The notes under the pieces were generated by a model that had not been told where the DNA came from, made no database searches, and saw only the letters and a program-made list of their open reading frames with translations. A DNA stretch of 64,000 nt from NCBI GenBank assembly GCA_035635635.1, contig DASQAS010000244.1, positions 23,690-87,689 on the forward strand. The letters are read 5' to 3'. Origin of the DNA: Myxococcales bacterium (GTDB lineage Bacteria; Myxococcota; Myxococcia; Myxococcales; 40CM-4-68-19). Made by a program: the position numbers and the translations under genes. Each line of letters begins with the position of its first letter. The first letter of the stretch is position 1. Shown one piece after another: positions 8,718 to 17,824 of the stretch.

Positions 8718-9551
8718 GTGCTAGAAGGCGCTGTGCTCGCCCGCTGTCCGAGCTGCCGGAACACGTTCAGCGCCGAGCGTGCCGGCCGCCAGGCGTGTCC
8801 GGTTTGCGGCAAACCGTTGGTCGTCCCAGAGCTCCCCGTGGCTGCGATGCCGGCGCCCGACGCGCCGGCCGCCGATCGCCCGGGCACGCCCTGGGAGCGC
8901 CGGGGAGAGATCGGGCTGTGGACCGCCTGGGCGCAGACGGTCCAGCAGGCGCTGCTCGAGCCGGGAAAGCTCTTCGAATCGGCGCGGCTGGATCGCGGCG
9001 CGGCCCAGCTCGGTTTCGCCCTCGGGACCACCTCGCTGTTCTGGATCGTGGCCCAGATCGAAGGCGTCCTGCTGCGCGGACAGAACGAGCAGCTTCGCCG
9101 GCTGGTGTCCGAGCTCTCCACCACTCCGGAGGCGAGCCGGATGCTCCAGCGGATGCTCGACGCGCAGGCGCGGCTGAACTCGCCGGGCTGGGTGGTGGCG
9201 ATCGCGGTGATCACGCCCGTCTGCGTCCTGGTCCTGCTCTACCTGAACGCCGCAGTCACGCACGCGATCGCCGCGATCCTGGGCAAGGCCAGGCGCGGGT
9301 TCGCCGCGACGTTCGCGGCGTGCGCGTACGCGTGCGCGCCCGTGGTGCTCCTGGTGGTGCCGGCCTGCGGCTCCATCGTCGCCCTGATCTGGCTGATCGT
9401 GCTCACCTCCATCGGAATGAAGGTGACGCACGGGATCTCCACCGGGGCCGCGGCAGCCTCGGTGCTGGCGCCCTACTTCGTTCTCTGCTGCCTGATGTTC
9501 CTCGCCATGGGCTCCCTGATGATGGCGCTGGGCGGCGCGGGGCAGCCGTGA
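8718..9551 (+). CDS. Yip1-family membrane protein with N-terminal zinc ribbon
   Basis: N-terminal CPSC..(13)..CPVC, then 5 TM helices with the Yip1-like pattern (WTAWAQTV..LGFALGTTSLFW). Confidence 0.65.
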   Translation: MLEGAVLARCPSCRNTFSAERAGRQACPVCGKPLVVPELPVAAMPAPDAPAADRPGTPWERRGEIGLWTAWAQTVQQALLEPGKLFESARLDRGAAQLGFALGTTSLFWIVAQIEGVLLRGQNEQLRRLVSELSTTPEASRMLQRMLDAQARLNSPGWVVAIAVITPVCVLVLLYLNAAVTHAIAAILGKARRGFAATFAACAYACAPVVLLVVPACGSIVALIWLIVLTSIGMKVTHGISTGAAAASVLAPYFVLCCLMFLAMGSLMMALGGAGQP

Positions 9552-9946
9552 TCGAGCGCGCCGGCTTTCCTTCAGTCCACGCGCTCGCGCTGGCGGGCGT
9601 CAGCGCGCTGCTGCTCGCCGCCGCCGCGCTCCTGCCCCTGGACGCTCCGCCCCTTTCGCTGTTGTCCTGCCCCCTGCGCGCCGCGACCGGCATCCCCTGC
9701 CTCGGCTGCGGTTGCACCCGCGCCTTCCACCACGCCGTCCGCGGGCAGCTGCTGGAAGCGTGCAGCCACAGCCCGCTCGGGGCCGCGCTCGCGATCGCGT
9801 GCGCCGCGCACCTGGCCTGGACGCTGCTGCGGCTCGCCGGACTGCGCAGTGCGCCCAGGATCGAGCTCACGCCCCGGCTGCGCTGGGCCGCGGCCGCTGC
9901 TCTTGCCGCCAACTGGATCTTCGTCGCGCTCCGGGCGGCTCCGTGA
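9548..9946 (+). CDS. DUF2752 domain-containing membrane protein
   Basis: GTG 9548 overlaps the upstream TGA. Carries the signature CPLRAATGIPCLGCGCTRAF. Confidence 0.7.
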   Translation: MIERAGFPSVHALALAGVSALLLAAAALLPLDAPPLSLLSCPLRAATGIPCLGCGCTRAFHHAVRGQLLEACSHSPLGAALAIACAAHLAWTLLRLAGLRSAPRIELTPRLRWAAAAALAANWIFVALRAAP

Positions 9947-10512
9947 TCTGGCTCTGGGCGATCGCCGCGTACCTGTGCGGCTCGATCCCCTTCGGCCTGT
10001 TGATCGCCAAGGCCGCCACCGGAGCCGACGTCCGGACGGTGGGGTCGGGCAACATCGGAGCGACCAATGTGGCTCGGGCGGCGGGCAAGCCGGCCGCGAT
10101 CGCGACGCTGATCCTGGACGCGGCGAAAGGCCTGCTGCCGGTGCTCCTGGCGGCGCGCTCGCCGGACGCGCCTCCGGCGCTGGCCGCGGTGTGCGCCGTG
10201 GCCGCGGTGATCGGGCACTGCTTTCCCCTCTGGCTGCGGTTCCGGGGAGGCAAGGGAGTCGCGACCGGCTTCGGCGTTTCGCTGGCGCTGGCGCCCGCCG
10301 CGGCGGCGGCAGGCGGCCTGACCTGGCTCGTGCTCTACAAGCTGTTCCGGATCTCCAGCGTGGGTTCGCTGGCCGGCGTCGCCGTCGCCCTGGCGGTCGC
10401 GGCGTTCACGGCCGATCGCCAGGCCATCTTCGGGGTGGCCGGCGTGGCGCTGATCATCGTGCTGCGGCACCGGCCCAACATCCGCCGGTTGCTCGCGCGG
10501 CGGGAGAGCTAG
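9943..10512 (+). CDS. plsY: Glycerol-3-phosphate acyltransferase PlsY
   Basis: GTG 9943 overlaps the upstream TGA. Motifs YLCGSIPFGLL, GSGNIGATN and FRGGKGVAT. Confidence 0.9.
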   Translation: MIWLWAIAAYLCGSIPFGLLIAKAATGADVRTVGSGNIGATNVARAAGKPAAIATLILDAAKGLLPVLLAARSPDAPPALAAVCAVAAVIGHCFPLWLRFRGGKGVATGFGVSLALAPAAAAAGGLTWLVLYKLFRISSVGSLAGVAVALAVAAFTADRQAIFGVAGVALIIVLRHRPNIRRLLARRES

Positions 10513-10605
10513 CGGCAGCGCGACCGTGGCTTGTGCCGGAACGCCGGCTTCAAATACAGGAGACAGCGTTTCATCCGATCTCCTCGTTGAACCCCTTCTC
10601 GAACA
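10511..10605. repeat. 95-bp direct repeat, left copy (contains an orphan ptsH 3-prime fragment)
   Basis: 93/95 identical to 12213..12307. It begins inside the plsY TAG stop. On the minus strand it encodes ..LFEKGFNEEIG* with no gene attached. Confidence 0.95.
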
Positions 10606-10937
10606 AGCGGAGTTGACGGAACCTCTACAACCCGGACATAGAACGGGCGGTTGTTCGTCTTGGGGTCGGAAGCGAGGCATCGCGGGGAAAGTGCACCTCA
10701 TGCGCTCCCCGGACAGGAGCGCCGGCAGGTCAGCAGAGGACCGCGGGGCCGCCCGTCTCTGGTGTGACCGGGCGACTGTGCCCCAGGCCAGTTGCCCGGT
10801 AAACACTGAACGACGAGCAGTAAGGGCGTGGAGGGAAGCGCGATCAGGACCGGCGCACTTCAATTTTCCATGATCCTCCGTCCGATTCACTTCCATCGAC
10901 GGGATGGCCACGTTTCCCCTCGCGCGGGGAGGTGCCG

Positions 10938-12209
10938 ATGCGTCCCTTCATCTTGCTCATTGCGCTCGCGATCGCGTGCGGAACCAGCTTGCCGACGCCG
11001 GCCAGCGATGGCGGCGTCGGTAGCGGCGGCTCCGATGCAGGAAATCCATCGAGCAGCGATGCAGGCACGGTGACCGGCGCCGATGGCGGTTCGGGCGGCA
11101 GCTCCGATGCGGGCACCACGGGCGGCGGCTCCGATGCGGGCACCACGGGCGGCGGTGGGAACGCGGACGGCGGGAGCGCCGCCGCGAGCGACTGCGATGG
11201 GCTGCAGTTCCCTTCCGATGCGGGTCCGGCGCCGGCCAGTCATTTCATCCCGGTCGCCGACTCGTCCGGCAACGATGGCTGCTTCGCGGTCGGAACGACC
11301 GGCACCGGTACACTCGCCCTGAAGATGCTCGCTGGCCGCCACAGCACGCTCGACTTCGTTGGCCCGTCCGGTCAATCGTTGGCAACCCTGAACACCGTCG
11401 GGTCGACGGACATCTTCGGGGAGCAGGCCACCTTCTTCGACGACGTGCAGTTGAGCGCGATGTACGAATTGCGGACGTTCAGCGACACCGGCGCGGTACT
11501 GCCCCCGGTGCGCCGCGACATCAGTCTGCTCTCCGAAGACCCGACCGGCGGCGCCGTCGGCCTTGGCGGCACGATCGTCAGCATGGACTCGTCCCTCGCC
11601 ACGCGCTGGACGGTGCCATTCCCGTCCAAGGCTTCATGGGTCGCGCTCGCCGTCGATCGCTCCGGCGCGACGCTTTATGCCTTCGAGGGCAGCGCCACGT
11701 TCGGCGCCAACTCGATCGCAGCGATGTGGATCGATTCGCACGGCACGGCCGGCGAGGTCTTCCAGTTGGTCGGCCCGCAGGCGCAGTCCGTGTTCGCGCA
11801 GCCAACCACGCTGGCGCAGAGGGTGGGCAGCGGCTTCTTCGTGCAAGTGGGGTCCGAGTGGATCGGACAGATCGACTCGCTCTCGACGAGCTTGTCGCCG
11901 CCGCCGGCGTGGCTCCAGAGCCGGGCGAACACCAGCCTGCACATGGTCCATGGCGGAACGGGATACGCGGTGCTTCCCGCTCCATCCGCTACCTGCGCGC
12001 AAGACGTCGAAGTGGTCAGCCCTCAGGGAACGATCTGCGGGACCACCCGCTTCACCGGGGCCAGCAGCGGATGCACCGTCCGGAGCGCCATCATCGTCGG
12101 CTACGACGGCACGGTGATCCAGCGGGCTCCGGATCCCGACCCCGCGCATCAGCAATGGTTCGGCCCCGGCACCTGCTACTGGCATTGGTGGCCGGGCTTC
12201 TTCAGATGA
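10938..12209 (+). CDS. Lipoprotein of unknown function (cargo of the repeat-flanked cassette)
   Basis: GGAGG lies 5 nt before ATG 10938 (alternative GTG at 10932). MRPFILLIALAIAC lipobox, a G/S/D-rich linker containing a perfect 2x27-bp tandem repeat (11101..11154), then a Cys-containing globular part. Confidence 0.7.
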   Translation: MRPFILLIALAIACGTSLPTPASDGGVGSGGSDAGNPSSSDAGTVTGADGGSGGSSDAGTTGGGSDAGTTGGGGNADGGSAAASDCDGLQFPSDAGPAPASHFIPVADSSGNDGCFAVGTTGTGTLALKMLAGRHSTLDFVGPSGQSLATLNTVGSTDIFGEQATFFDDVQLSAMYELRTFSDTGAVLPPVRRDISLLSEDPTGGAVGLGGTIVSMDSSLATRWTVPFPSKASWVALAVDRSGATLYAFEGSATFGANSIAAMWIDSHGTAGEVFQLVGPQAQSVFAQPTTLAQRVGSGFFVQVGSEWIGQIDSLSTSLSPPPAWLQSRANTSLHMVHGGTGYAVLPAPSATCAQDVEVVSPQGTICGTTRFTGASSGCTVRSAIIVGYDGTVIQRAPDPDPAHQQWFGPGTCYWHWWPGFFR

Positions 12210-12212
12210 TCC

Positions 12213-12307
12213 AGCGGCAGCGCGACCGTGGCTTGTGTCGGGACGCCGGCTTCAAATACAGGAGACAGCGTTTCATCCGATCTCCTCGTTGAACCCCTTC
12301 TCGAACA
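12213..12307. repeat. 95-bp direct repeat, right copy (genuine ptsH 3-prime end plus 60 nt downstream)
   Basis: Mismatches to the left copy occur only at repeat positions 26 (C/T) and 30 (A/G). Confidence 0.95.
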
Positions 12308-12557
12308 GGTCGCCGATCGCGTCGGCGCACTGGCGGGCCTGCTCGCCCTCGGTCCGCACCGTCACGCTCGTCCCGAGGGCCGCCGCGAGCATCAGCACGC
12401 CCATGATGCTCTTGCCGTTCACCGACTGGCCGTCCTTCTCCAGGGTGACGTCGCAGGGATAGCGATTGGCGGTCTGGACGATCTGCGCCGCGGGCCGCGC
12501 GTGCAGCCCCATCTTGTTGCGGACCGTGCAGACCTTTTCGATCGACTCTTCCGCCAT
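12273..12557 (-). CDS. ptsH: Phosphocarrier protein HPr
   Basis: ATG 12557 (MAEESIEKVCTV). Active-site GLHARPA (His15) and GKSIMGV (Ser46). Confidence 0.9.
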   Translation of the reverse strand: MAEESIEKVCTVRNKMGLHARPAAQIVQTANRYPCDVTLEKDGQSVNGKSIMGVLMLAAALGTSVTVRTEGEQARQCADAIGDLFEKGFNEEIG

Positions 12558-12623
12558 GCCCCTCTCGTCCTCAATCCATAACCGACGACTGTCGAACCCC
12601 ACAAGCGCGGGCACGAGCCCGCT

Positions 12624-13394
12624 TCAGACGAACCTCGCCCCCAGGACCAGCCCCAGAAGCAGGGCGAAGTACACGGCCCGCGTCGCCCCCAGGCGCGGCA
12701 GGATGGCGAACGCCACCACCATGGTGGAGGCGACCAGCAGCGCCTGGAAGGGCCGGAGCGGGAACCCCGCGGCCAGCACGCCCCGCGCGGCCAGGGCCCC
12801 GCCCATCGCCGCCGCGCACGCCTTCAAGAGCGGCGTGCCGGTGGCGAGGTGCGCGCGGCCGACGGCTTCCACCACTCCCTCGGCGCGCGAGTAGCCCGTG
12901 GCGAACAGCCAGAGCCGCGCCGGCAGGTGGACGGCGTTGTAGAGCAGCAGGAAGACGAAGACGCATCCGAGTCCGACGAACGGCTCGGACGCCGCGGCGA
13001 TCAGCGCCGCCGCGGGGCGCAGCGCCAGCCAGAAGAAGCCGTCTCCCAGCGCCGCGAACGGCGGCCCCAGCGCGCGCTTGAAGCTGGAGACGGTCTCGGG
13101 CGCCGCCTCTCCGCTCGCCACCCGCTCCTCGAGCCGGACCGCTCCGCCCAGGATGGCCGCCGCCATGTACGGATGGCAGTTGAAGAACTCCAGGTGGCGG
13201 GCGACCGCCTTGGCGCACTCCGCCGGCTCCGGGTACAACTCGCGCAGGGCCGGGGTGATGGCGTCCGCGAATCCCAGGTTCTGCATGCCGCGCGGGTTCC
13301 ACGAAGCCTGGAGGAAGAACGAGCGGAAGAAGACGCGCGCCAGCGAGCGGGTGGAGACCCTTCGCACCGGCTGGGAGAGGGGAAGGGCGCGCAT
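12624..13394 (-). CDS. PTS mannose/fructose/sorbose family IID component
   Basis: ATG 13394 (MRALPLSQP..). Motifs FFRSFFLQASWNPRGMQNLGF and FFNCHPYMA. The TGATG junction shares 1 nt with the IIC stop. Confidence 0.85.
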   Translation of the reverse strand: MRALPLSQPVRRVSTRSLARVFFRSFFLQASWNPRGMQNLGFADAITPALRELYPEPAECAKAVARHLEFFNCHPYMAAAILGGAVRLEERVASGEAAPETVSSFKRALGPPFAALGDGFFWLALRPAAALIAAASEPFVGLGCVFVFLLLYNAVHLPARLWLFATGYSRAEGVVEAVGRAHLATGTPLLKACAAAMGGALAARGVLAAGFPLRPFQALLVASTMVVAFAILPRLGATRAVYFALLLGLVLGARFV

Positions 13395-14125
13395 CAGGAC
13401 ACCCACCGGAAGACCAGGGTCGCCCCGATCACGGCGACCGCGCAGATCCCCGCCAGGACCGGCGCGCGCGGATCGCGGATGGCGCGGATCGCGCAGGCGG
13501 CGGCCACCGCCCACACCGCGTGCCACGCTCCGTCCAGCGCCGAGAGCACCATCTGCCCGCATTGCAGACGCGCCAGCGCGAGCAGGGGCGAGAGAAGGAC
13601 GCAGACGGCGCAGATGCCGGCCGCGGCGCCGAACGGCAACAGAAGGCCGAGCAGGTTGACCCGCGCGGCGTCGGGATCTCCGCGCTCGGCGCGCGCCATC
13701 GCCTGCTCCAGGAGCTGCGCGTTGCGGCCCTCGGCGGCGCGCTCCAGGCGGCGGCCGAAGTATGCGAGCGGCAACAGCAGGCCCAGGCCCAGCGCGGCGA
13801 GCGGTGCATCGACGCCGGTGTGCATGGCGAGGCCGGCCGGCACCACCATCGAGGCGAGCGCCCCCGCGAGCAGGGACTCGTTCTCGGGCAGGCTGCCGCC
13901 CAGGTTGACGCCCCCCAGGAACAGAAGCTCCAGCGGGATGCCGAGCAGGATGCCGCCTTGCACGTCGCCGAAGGCCCAGCCGAGGATCGGCGCGAGCACG
14001 ATGGGCCGCGAGAGCATGAGCTGGAACGCGCCCTTCCGCTCGATCGCCGAGAGACCAGCGATCAGCGCCGCCAGTGCGGCGAGGGTGAAGAGCTGCGTCG
14101 CGCCGCCGGCGGGAAGCGGGAACAT
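13394..14125 (-). CDS. PTS mannose/fructose/sorbose family IIC component
   Basis: 243-aa polytopic protein (LMLSRPIVLAPILGWAFGD..LGIPLELLFLG) positioned between IIB and IID. Confidence 0.8.
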   Translation of the reverse strand: MFPLPAGGATQLFTLAALAALIAGLSAIERKGAFQLMLSRPIVLAPILGWAFGDVQGGILLGIPLELLFLGGVNLGGSLPENESLLAGALASMVVPAGLAMHTGVDAPLAALGLGLLLPLAYFGRRLERAAEGRNAQLLEQAMARAERGDPDAARVNLLGLLLPFGAAAGICAVCVLLSPLLALARLQCGQMVLSALDGAWHAVWAVAAACAIRAIRDPRAPVLAGICAVAVIGATLVFRWVS

Positions 14126-14146
14126 CCGGACCTTCTTTACACCCGC

Positions 14147-14659
14147 TCAGGCCGCCGCGAAGCGCGCTTTCAGCTCCGGGAGCCTGATCGGGTGCTCGGT
14201 CGGCACCGCGCGGACTTCCACCTGCGTTCCCGCGCGGGCCAGATTGTCCAGGGCTTCCAGCTCCTGGGCGTCGAGATAGACCGAGGGCGAGACCTGCTTG
14301 CGGCCGGTACCGAAGTGCACGTTGCCGAGGTTGAGCTGCGGGATCGGCACTCCCCCGGCGTGCAGCGCGACCGCGTCCCGCACGTCGCGCAGCAGCACCA
14401 GCGTGCGCGGCGACTGGGGGCCCTTGCCCCCGGGACGGAGCACCTCCGCCGCGACGGGCACCCGGAGCACCTCGAAGCTGATTCCGGGGGGGATGGCCAG
14501 CGCCATGGCGGAGCGCGCGAGCACGTTGCCCGCGGCCTCGTCGTCCGCGACCAGGATCCCGTGCGCGTCCAGCGCGGGAAGCCAGGCCTCCAGGACCTGG
14601 CCGTGCACGAGGCGGTTGTCCACGCGCAACAGCGCGACGCCCGCCGGCGTCTTCGTCAA
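14147..14659 (-). CDS. PTS mannose-family IIB component
   Basis: LLRVDNRLVHGQV phospho-His motif; 170 aa. Confidence 0.85.
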   Translation of the reverse strand: MTKTPAGVALLRVDNRLVHGQVLEAWLPALDAHGILVADDEAAGNVLARSAMALAIPPGISFEVLRVPVAAEVLRPGGKGPQSPRTLVLLRDVRDAVALHAGGVPIPQLNLGNVHFGTGRKQVSPSVYLDAQELEALDNLARAGTQVEVRAVPTEHPIRLPELKARFAAA

Positions 14660-15057
14660 CCGAGCCTCCGCACGGACTCGCTGACGTGGCCGATCGATCT
14701 CTGGCCGGCCTCGGCGAGATCATGCGCGACCTGCCCGATGCTCTTGCCGCTCCCCCGCAGGACCGAGAGCTTCAGCAGCATGGGCAGGTTCACCCCGGTG
14801 ACGATCTCGACCTTGCGCTCCTCCAGCAACGAGACGCAGAGGTTGGTTGGAGACCCGCCGAGCAGATCGGTGAGGAGGAGCACCCCCTCGCCCTGGTCGA
14901 CGCGCTGGATCGCTTCCTCGAGGTCGCAGCGCATGTCGGGCGAGATCCCGACCACGCTGACCGGGGCGACCAGCTCGAGCTTGCCCACCACCGTCTCCGC
15001 GGTGCGGATCATCTCCTCGGCCAGCTTGCCATGCGTCGCGACCACCACGCCGATCAT
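14656..15057 (-). CDS. PTS mannose-family IIA component
   Basis: ATG 15057 (MIGVVVATHGKLAEE, phospho-His). 4-nt ATGA overlap with IIB. Confidence 0.85.
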   Translation of the reverse strand: MIGVVVATHGKLAEEMIRTAETVVGKLELVAPVSVVGISPDMRCDLEEAIQRVDQGEGVLLLTDLLGGSPTNLCVSLLEERKVEIVTGVNLPMLLKLSVLRGSGKSIGQVAHDLAEAGQRSIGHVSESVRRLG

Positions 15058-15225
15058 GGGCGGAATGTAACGCAACGGCGCCACTTTCGCAGGAAACCAG
15101 GAGGCAGCTGTCCCCCATGGTGTGGTCAAGCGTGTTCCCGTGACATCTCAGGCCGGTCGCCCACGGGCCACGTCGCCGTCCACGCTCACGTCAACGCCTG
15201 TCGCTTGACTGAGCGGCAATTGCGG

Positions 15226-15690
15226 CTAGCTCTTGGAGATCTTGAGCTGGATCTGCGGCGCTTCGGCGGCGGGGGGACTGTCCCGGGCCGGCTCGCTATG
15301 CACCCCGGGGGCCGCCGCCCGGTACATCAGCAGCGTGAGGGCACACAGCGGAACACCGATCGCTACCACCGCGGCCAGCGCCGGGGACCGCCCCACCGCG
15401 ACCAGGTGGCCAGCCGCCAACGCCACCGACGCGAGCTGGGCGACGGCGACGGGCAGGATCGCGTGCCGCCGTTCCCGCGGACGGGCCGCCGTGACCAGGC
15501 ATGCGGTGCCCAGCGCCGCCATCAACCCCGCCGCCAGGATGTGCCAGACCGGCGGAGCGAGCAGCGCGAGCCTGTTGGTCAGGCTCGAGGAAGCGGCCAG
15601 GCTGAACGCCCCCGCGAGGTACATGACGGCGAAGACGCGGCAGAAAGCTGCCAGGCGCTGTTCCTGGGGCGTGAGGGGAGGTTGCGGCAC
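15226..15690 (-). CDS. Hypothetical membrane protein
   Basis: 154 aa, 4 hydrophobic segments, GC3-rich. No motif recognised. Confidence 0.5.
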   Translation of the reverse strand: MPQPPLTPQEQRLAAFCRVFAVMYLAGAFSLAASSSLTNRLALLAPPVWHILAAGLMAALGTACLVTAARPRERRHAILPVAVAQLASVALAAGHLVAVGRSPALAAVVAIGVPLCALTLLMYRAAAPGVHSEPARDSPPAAEAPQIQLKISKS

Positions 15691-15730
15691 GGGCCCGCTT
15701 CTACCACAGCGTCGTCGCTAGGACGCGGCT

Positions 15731-16222
15731 TCAGGCCGCAGGGCGGCGGTGACGCTGCAGGATGCGGCCGAACTCGCGCGTGTGCGCGCGGGCCACCCAG
15801 AGCGAAAGGCGCAGGTTCTCGCCACCCCCGATGAGCTCGACGGAGCGGATCTCGCCGTACGAAACGCCCATCCGCCCGGAGTGGGCGAACCCGTCGTCGA
15901 TCGAGAGCCGGTACCCGAGGCAGAGGTTGTCGCCGCCCTCCGAGTACGGATCGAGGTCCAGCGACATCGACGTCGGGGCTCGCCGGTGCCCGATCTCCTG
16001 GGCCAGGCTGAGATGCACCGGCCGGCCTTCCTCGCCGACCACCATCGGGCTGGCCAGCAGGTCCCCCGCCTCGTTGCGGACCTCGATCGAGTACAGGACG
16101 GCCTCCGACCGGGGCTCGGTGGGACGGAGGTTGCCGAAGGTCAACTCGGCGCCGAGCAGCCCGCAGGCCAGCCCCGCCACGGCGGACAGGATCCGCGCTC
16201 GTGCGTGACGGCGGCGCTGCAT
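15731..16222 (-). CDS. Hypothetical secreted protein
   Basis: 163 aa with an Arg-rich N-terminus plus hydrophobic signal (ILSAVAGLACGLLGA). No motif recognised. Confidence 0.5.
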   Translation of the reverse strand: MQRRRHARARILSAVAGLACGLLGAELTFGNLRPTEPRSEAVLYSIEVRNEAGDLLASPMVVGEEGRPVHLSLAQEIGHRRAPTSMSLDLDPYSEGGDNLCLGYRLSIDDGFAHSGRMGVSYGEIRSVELIGGGENLRLSLWVARAHTREFGRILQRHRRPAA

Positions 16223-16327
16223 CGGGGCCTCCCTCCTGCCTGAACAGCCAGTGTTTCAGGGGAAGAACGCAACGTCAAGAAGCCGGGCAGTCCGCCGCAG
16301 GACAACGGCCCGGCGCCCGGCGTATTT

Positions 16328-17824
16328 TCAATAGATATTGCTGGTGCGCTTGCTGCCGGTGTAGTCGAGCCAGACGGTCTTGAGATGGGTGAAGAAGTTC
16401 GCGCCCTCCTCGGCCATCTCCTTCTCGCCCACGCCCGTCGCCTTGATCCCCCCGAAGGGAAGCTGCGCTTCGCCGCCCACCGTGGGCTGGTTGACGTGGA
16501 CCATGCCCACCTCGGCCCGCTCGACGAACCGCATCGCCTGGAAGTAGTCGCGCGTGTAGATCGAGGCGGCCAGGCCGAAGGCCACGTCGTTGGAGACCTC
16601 CACCGCCTCGTCCGGATCGCGCGCCTGCTGGACGGCGAGCACGGGCCCGAACACCTCCTCGCGCGCCAGAGAGGTCCCGCGCTGGACCTGGTCGAGGATG
16701 GTGGGGGCCACGAAGAACCCGTGCTCGTGCTCCCCGGAGGAGAGCCGCTCGCCGCCGCAGAGCAGCCGCGCGCCCTCGCTCCTCGCCTTCGCGATCGAGT
16801 CCAGATCGGTGCGCAGCTGGCTGGCGTCCACCGCCGGACCCATCTGCGCTCCGCGCTGCATCCCGTTGCCCACGCGCAGCTTGCGCGCGCGCTCCACCAG
16901 CGCCTCGGTGAGCCTGGGCGCGATGCCAGGCGTGGTGACGACGCGGGAAGTGGCGGTGCAGCGCTGGCCGGTGCTGCCGAAGGCGGCCTGCACGATCCCC
17001 TCCACCGCGAGGTCCAGGTCGGCGTCGTCCAGCACCGCCACCGGGTTCTTCCCGCCCATCTCCAGCGTCACCCTCGCGCCGCGGGCGGCGACCCGCTGGT
17101 AGAGGCGCAGCCCGATCTCGTTGGAGCCGGTGAAGCTGACCGCCTTGATGCGCTCGTCGTCCACCAGCGCATCGCCGACCGCGCCGCCCGGGCCGGTGAC
17201 CAGGTTCAGCACGCCGGGCGGCAGGCCGGCCTCGAGGAACGCCTCGGCCAGCATGTGGGCGCAGATCGGCGTCAGCGAGGCCGGCTTGAGGACCGCGGTG
17301 CATCCGGCGACCAGCGCGGGGGCGGTCTTCCAGACCGGAATCGCGAAGGGGAAGTTCCAAGGCGTGATCAGCGCCACCGGACCGACGGGCTGCCGCAGCG
17401 TCAGGCAGAAGGTGCTGCGCATCTCCGAGGGGAGGGTTTTGCCGTGCTGGCGGAATCCTTCGCCCGCGTAGAACTCGACGATGTTGAGCGCCCGCAAGAC
17501 CTCGCCGCGCGCCTCGTCGAAGACCTTGCCCTCCTCGCGGCAGAGGGCCTCGGCCAGCAGGTCGACCCGGGACTTGAGGATCGCGTGCGCCCGGCCGAGG
17601 ACGCGGCCCCGCTCGGGGCCCGGGGTGGCTGCCCAGCCGGGAAACGCCTTGGCGGCGGCGTCGACGGCCGCCCTGGCATCGGCCGGTCCGCTCCGCGGGA
17701 ACTGGCCGAGCACCTCGCGGGTGTCGGCGGGATTCACACACGCGTCGTACTTGTCGGTGGAGGGAGCCACCCATGCGCCACCGATCAGGTTCTGCCGCCG
17801 CTCGTCGCCTTGTGGGATCCGCAT
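16328..17824 (-). CDS. NAD(P)-dependent aldehyde dehydrogenase family protein
   Basis: 498 aa with motifs [23 protein letters not shown] and the catalytic Cys in [10 protein letters not shown]. Confidence 0.9.
   Translation of the reverse strand: MRIPQGDERRQNLIGGAWVAPSTDKYDACVNPADTREVLGQFPRSGPADARAAVDAAAKAFPGWAATPGPERGRVLGRAHAILKSRVDLLAEALCREEGKVFDEARGEVLRALNIVEFYAGEGFRQHGKTLPSEMRSTFCLTLRQPVGPVALITPWNFPFAIPVWKTAPALVAGCTAVLKPASLTPICAHMLAEAFLEAGLPPGVLNLVTGPGGAVGDALVDDERIKAVSFTGSNEIGLRLYQRVAARGARVTLEMGGKNPVAVLDDADLDLAVEGIVQAAFGSTGQRCTATSRVVTTPGIAPRLTEALVERARKLRVGNGMQRGAQMGPAVDASQLRTDLDSIAKARSEGARLLCGGERLSSGEHEHGFFVAPTILDQVQRGTSLAREEVFGPVLAVQQARDPDEAVEVSNDVAFGLAASIYTRDYFQAMRFVERAEVGMVHVNQPTVGGEAQLPFGGIKATGVGEKEMAEEGANFFTHLKTVWLDYTGSKRTSNIY

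Noticed and set aside
10606-10937. The 330-bp non-coding leader of the cassette, considered as a possible riboswitch or structured RNA (for example GGGGAAAGTGCACC..CGGACAGGAGCGCCGGC, faintly cobalamin-like).
   Set aside because: I cannot align it to the conserved cores I know (B12 box, SRP, 6S, tmRNA, RNase P). The resemblance is limited to a few GC-rich words. Only a covariance-model scan (Rfam/Infernal) could settle it.
10511-12307. The two 95-bp repeats considered as a CRISPR array or IS element termini.
   Set aside because: There are only two copies, they are direct rather than inverted, and they are 1.6 kb apart. No cas or transposase genes are present. One copy is simply the end of ptsH.
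15058-15225. A sigma-54 promoter upstream of the PTS operon (minus strand GGGAACACGCTTGAC).
   Set aside because: GG and TTG are spaced roughly correctly, but the invariant -12 GC is missing (TTGA). I kept it only as the shared 15-mer observation.
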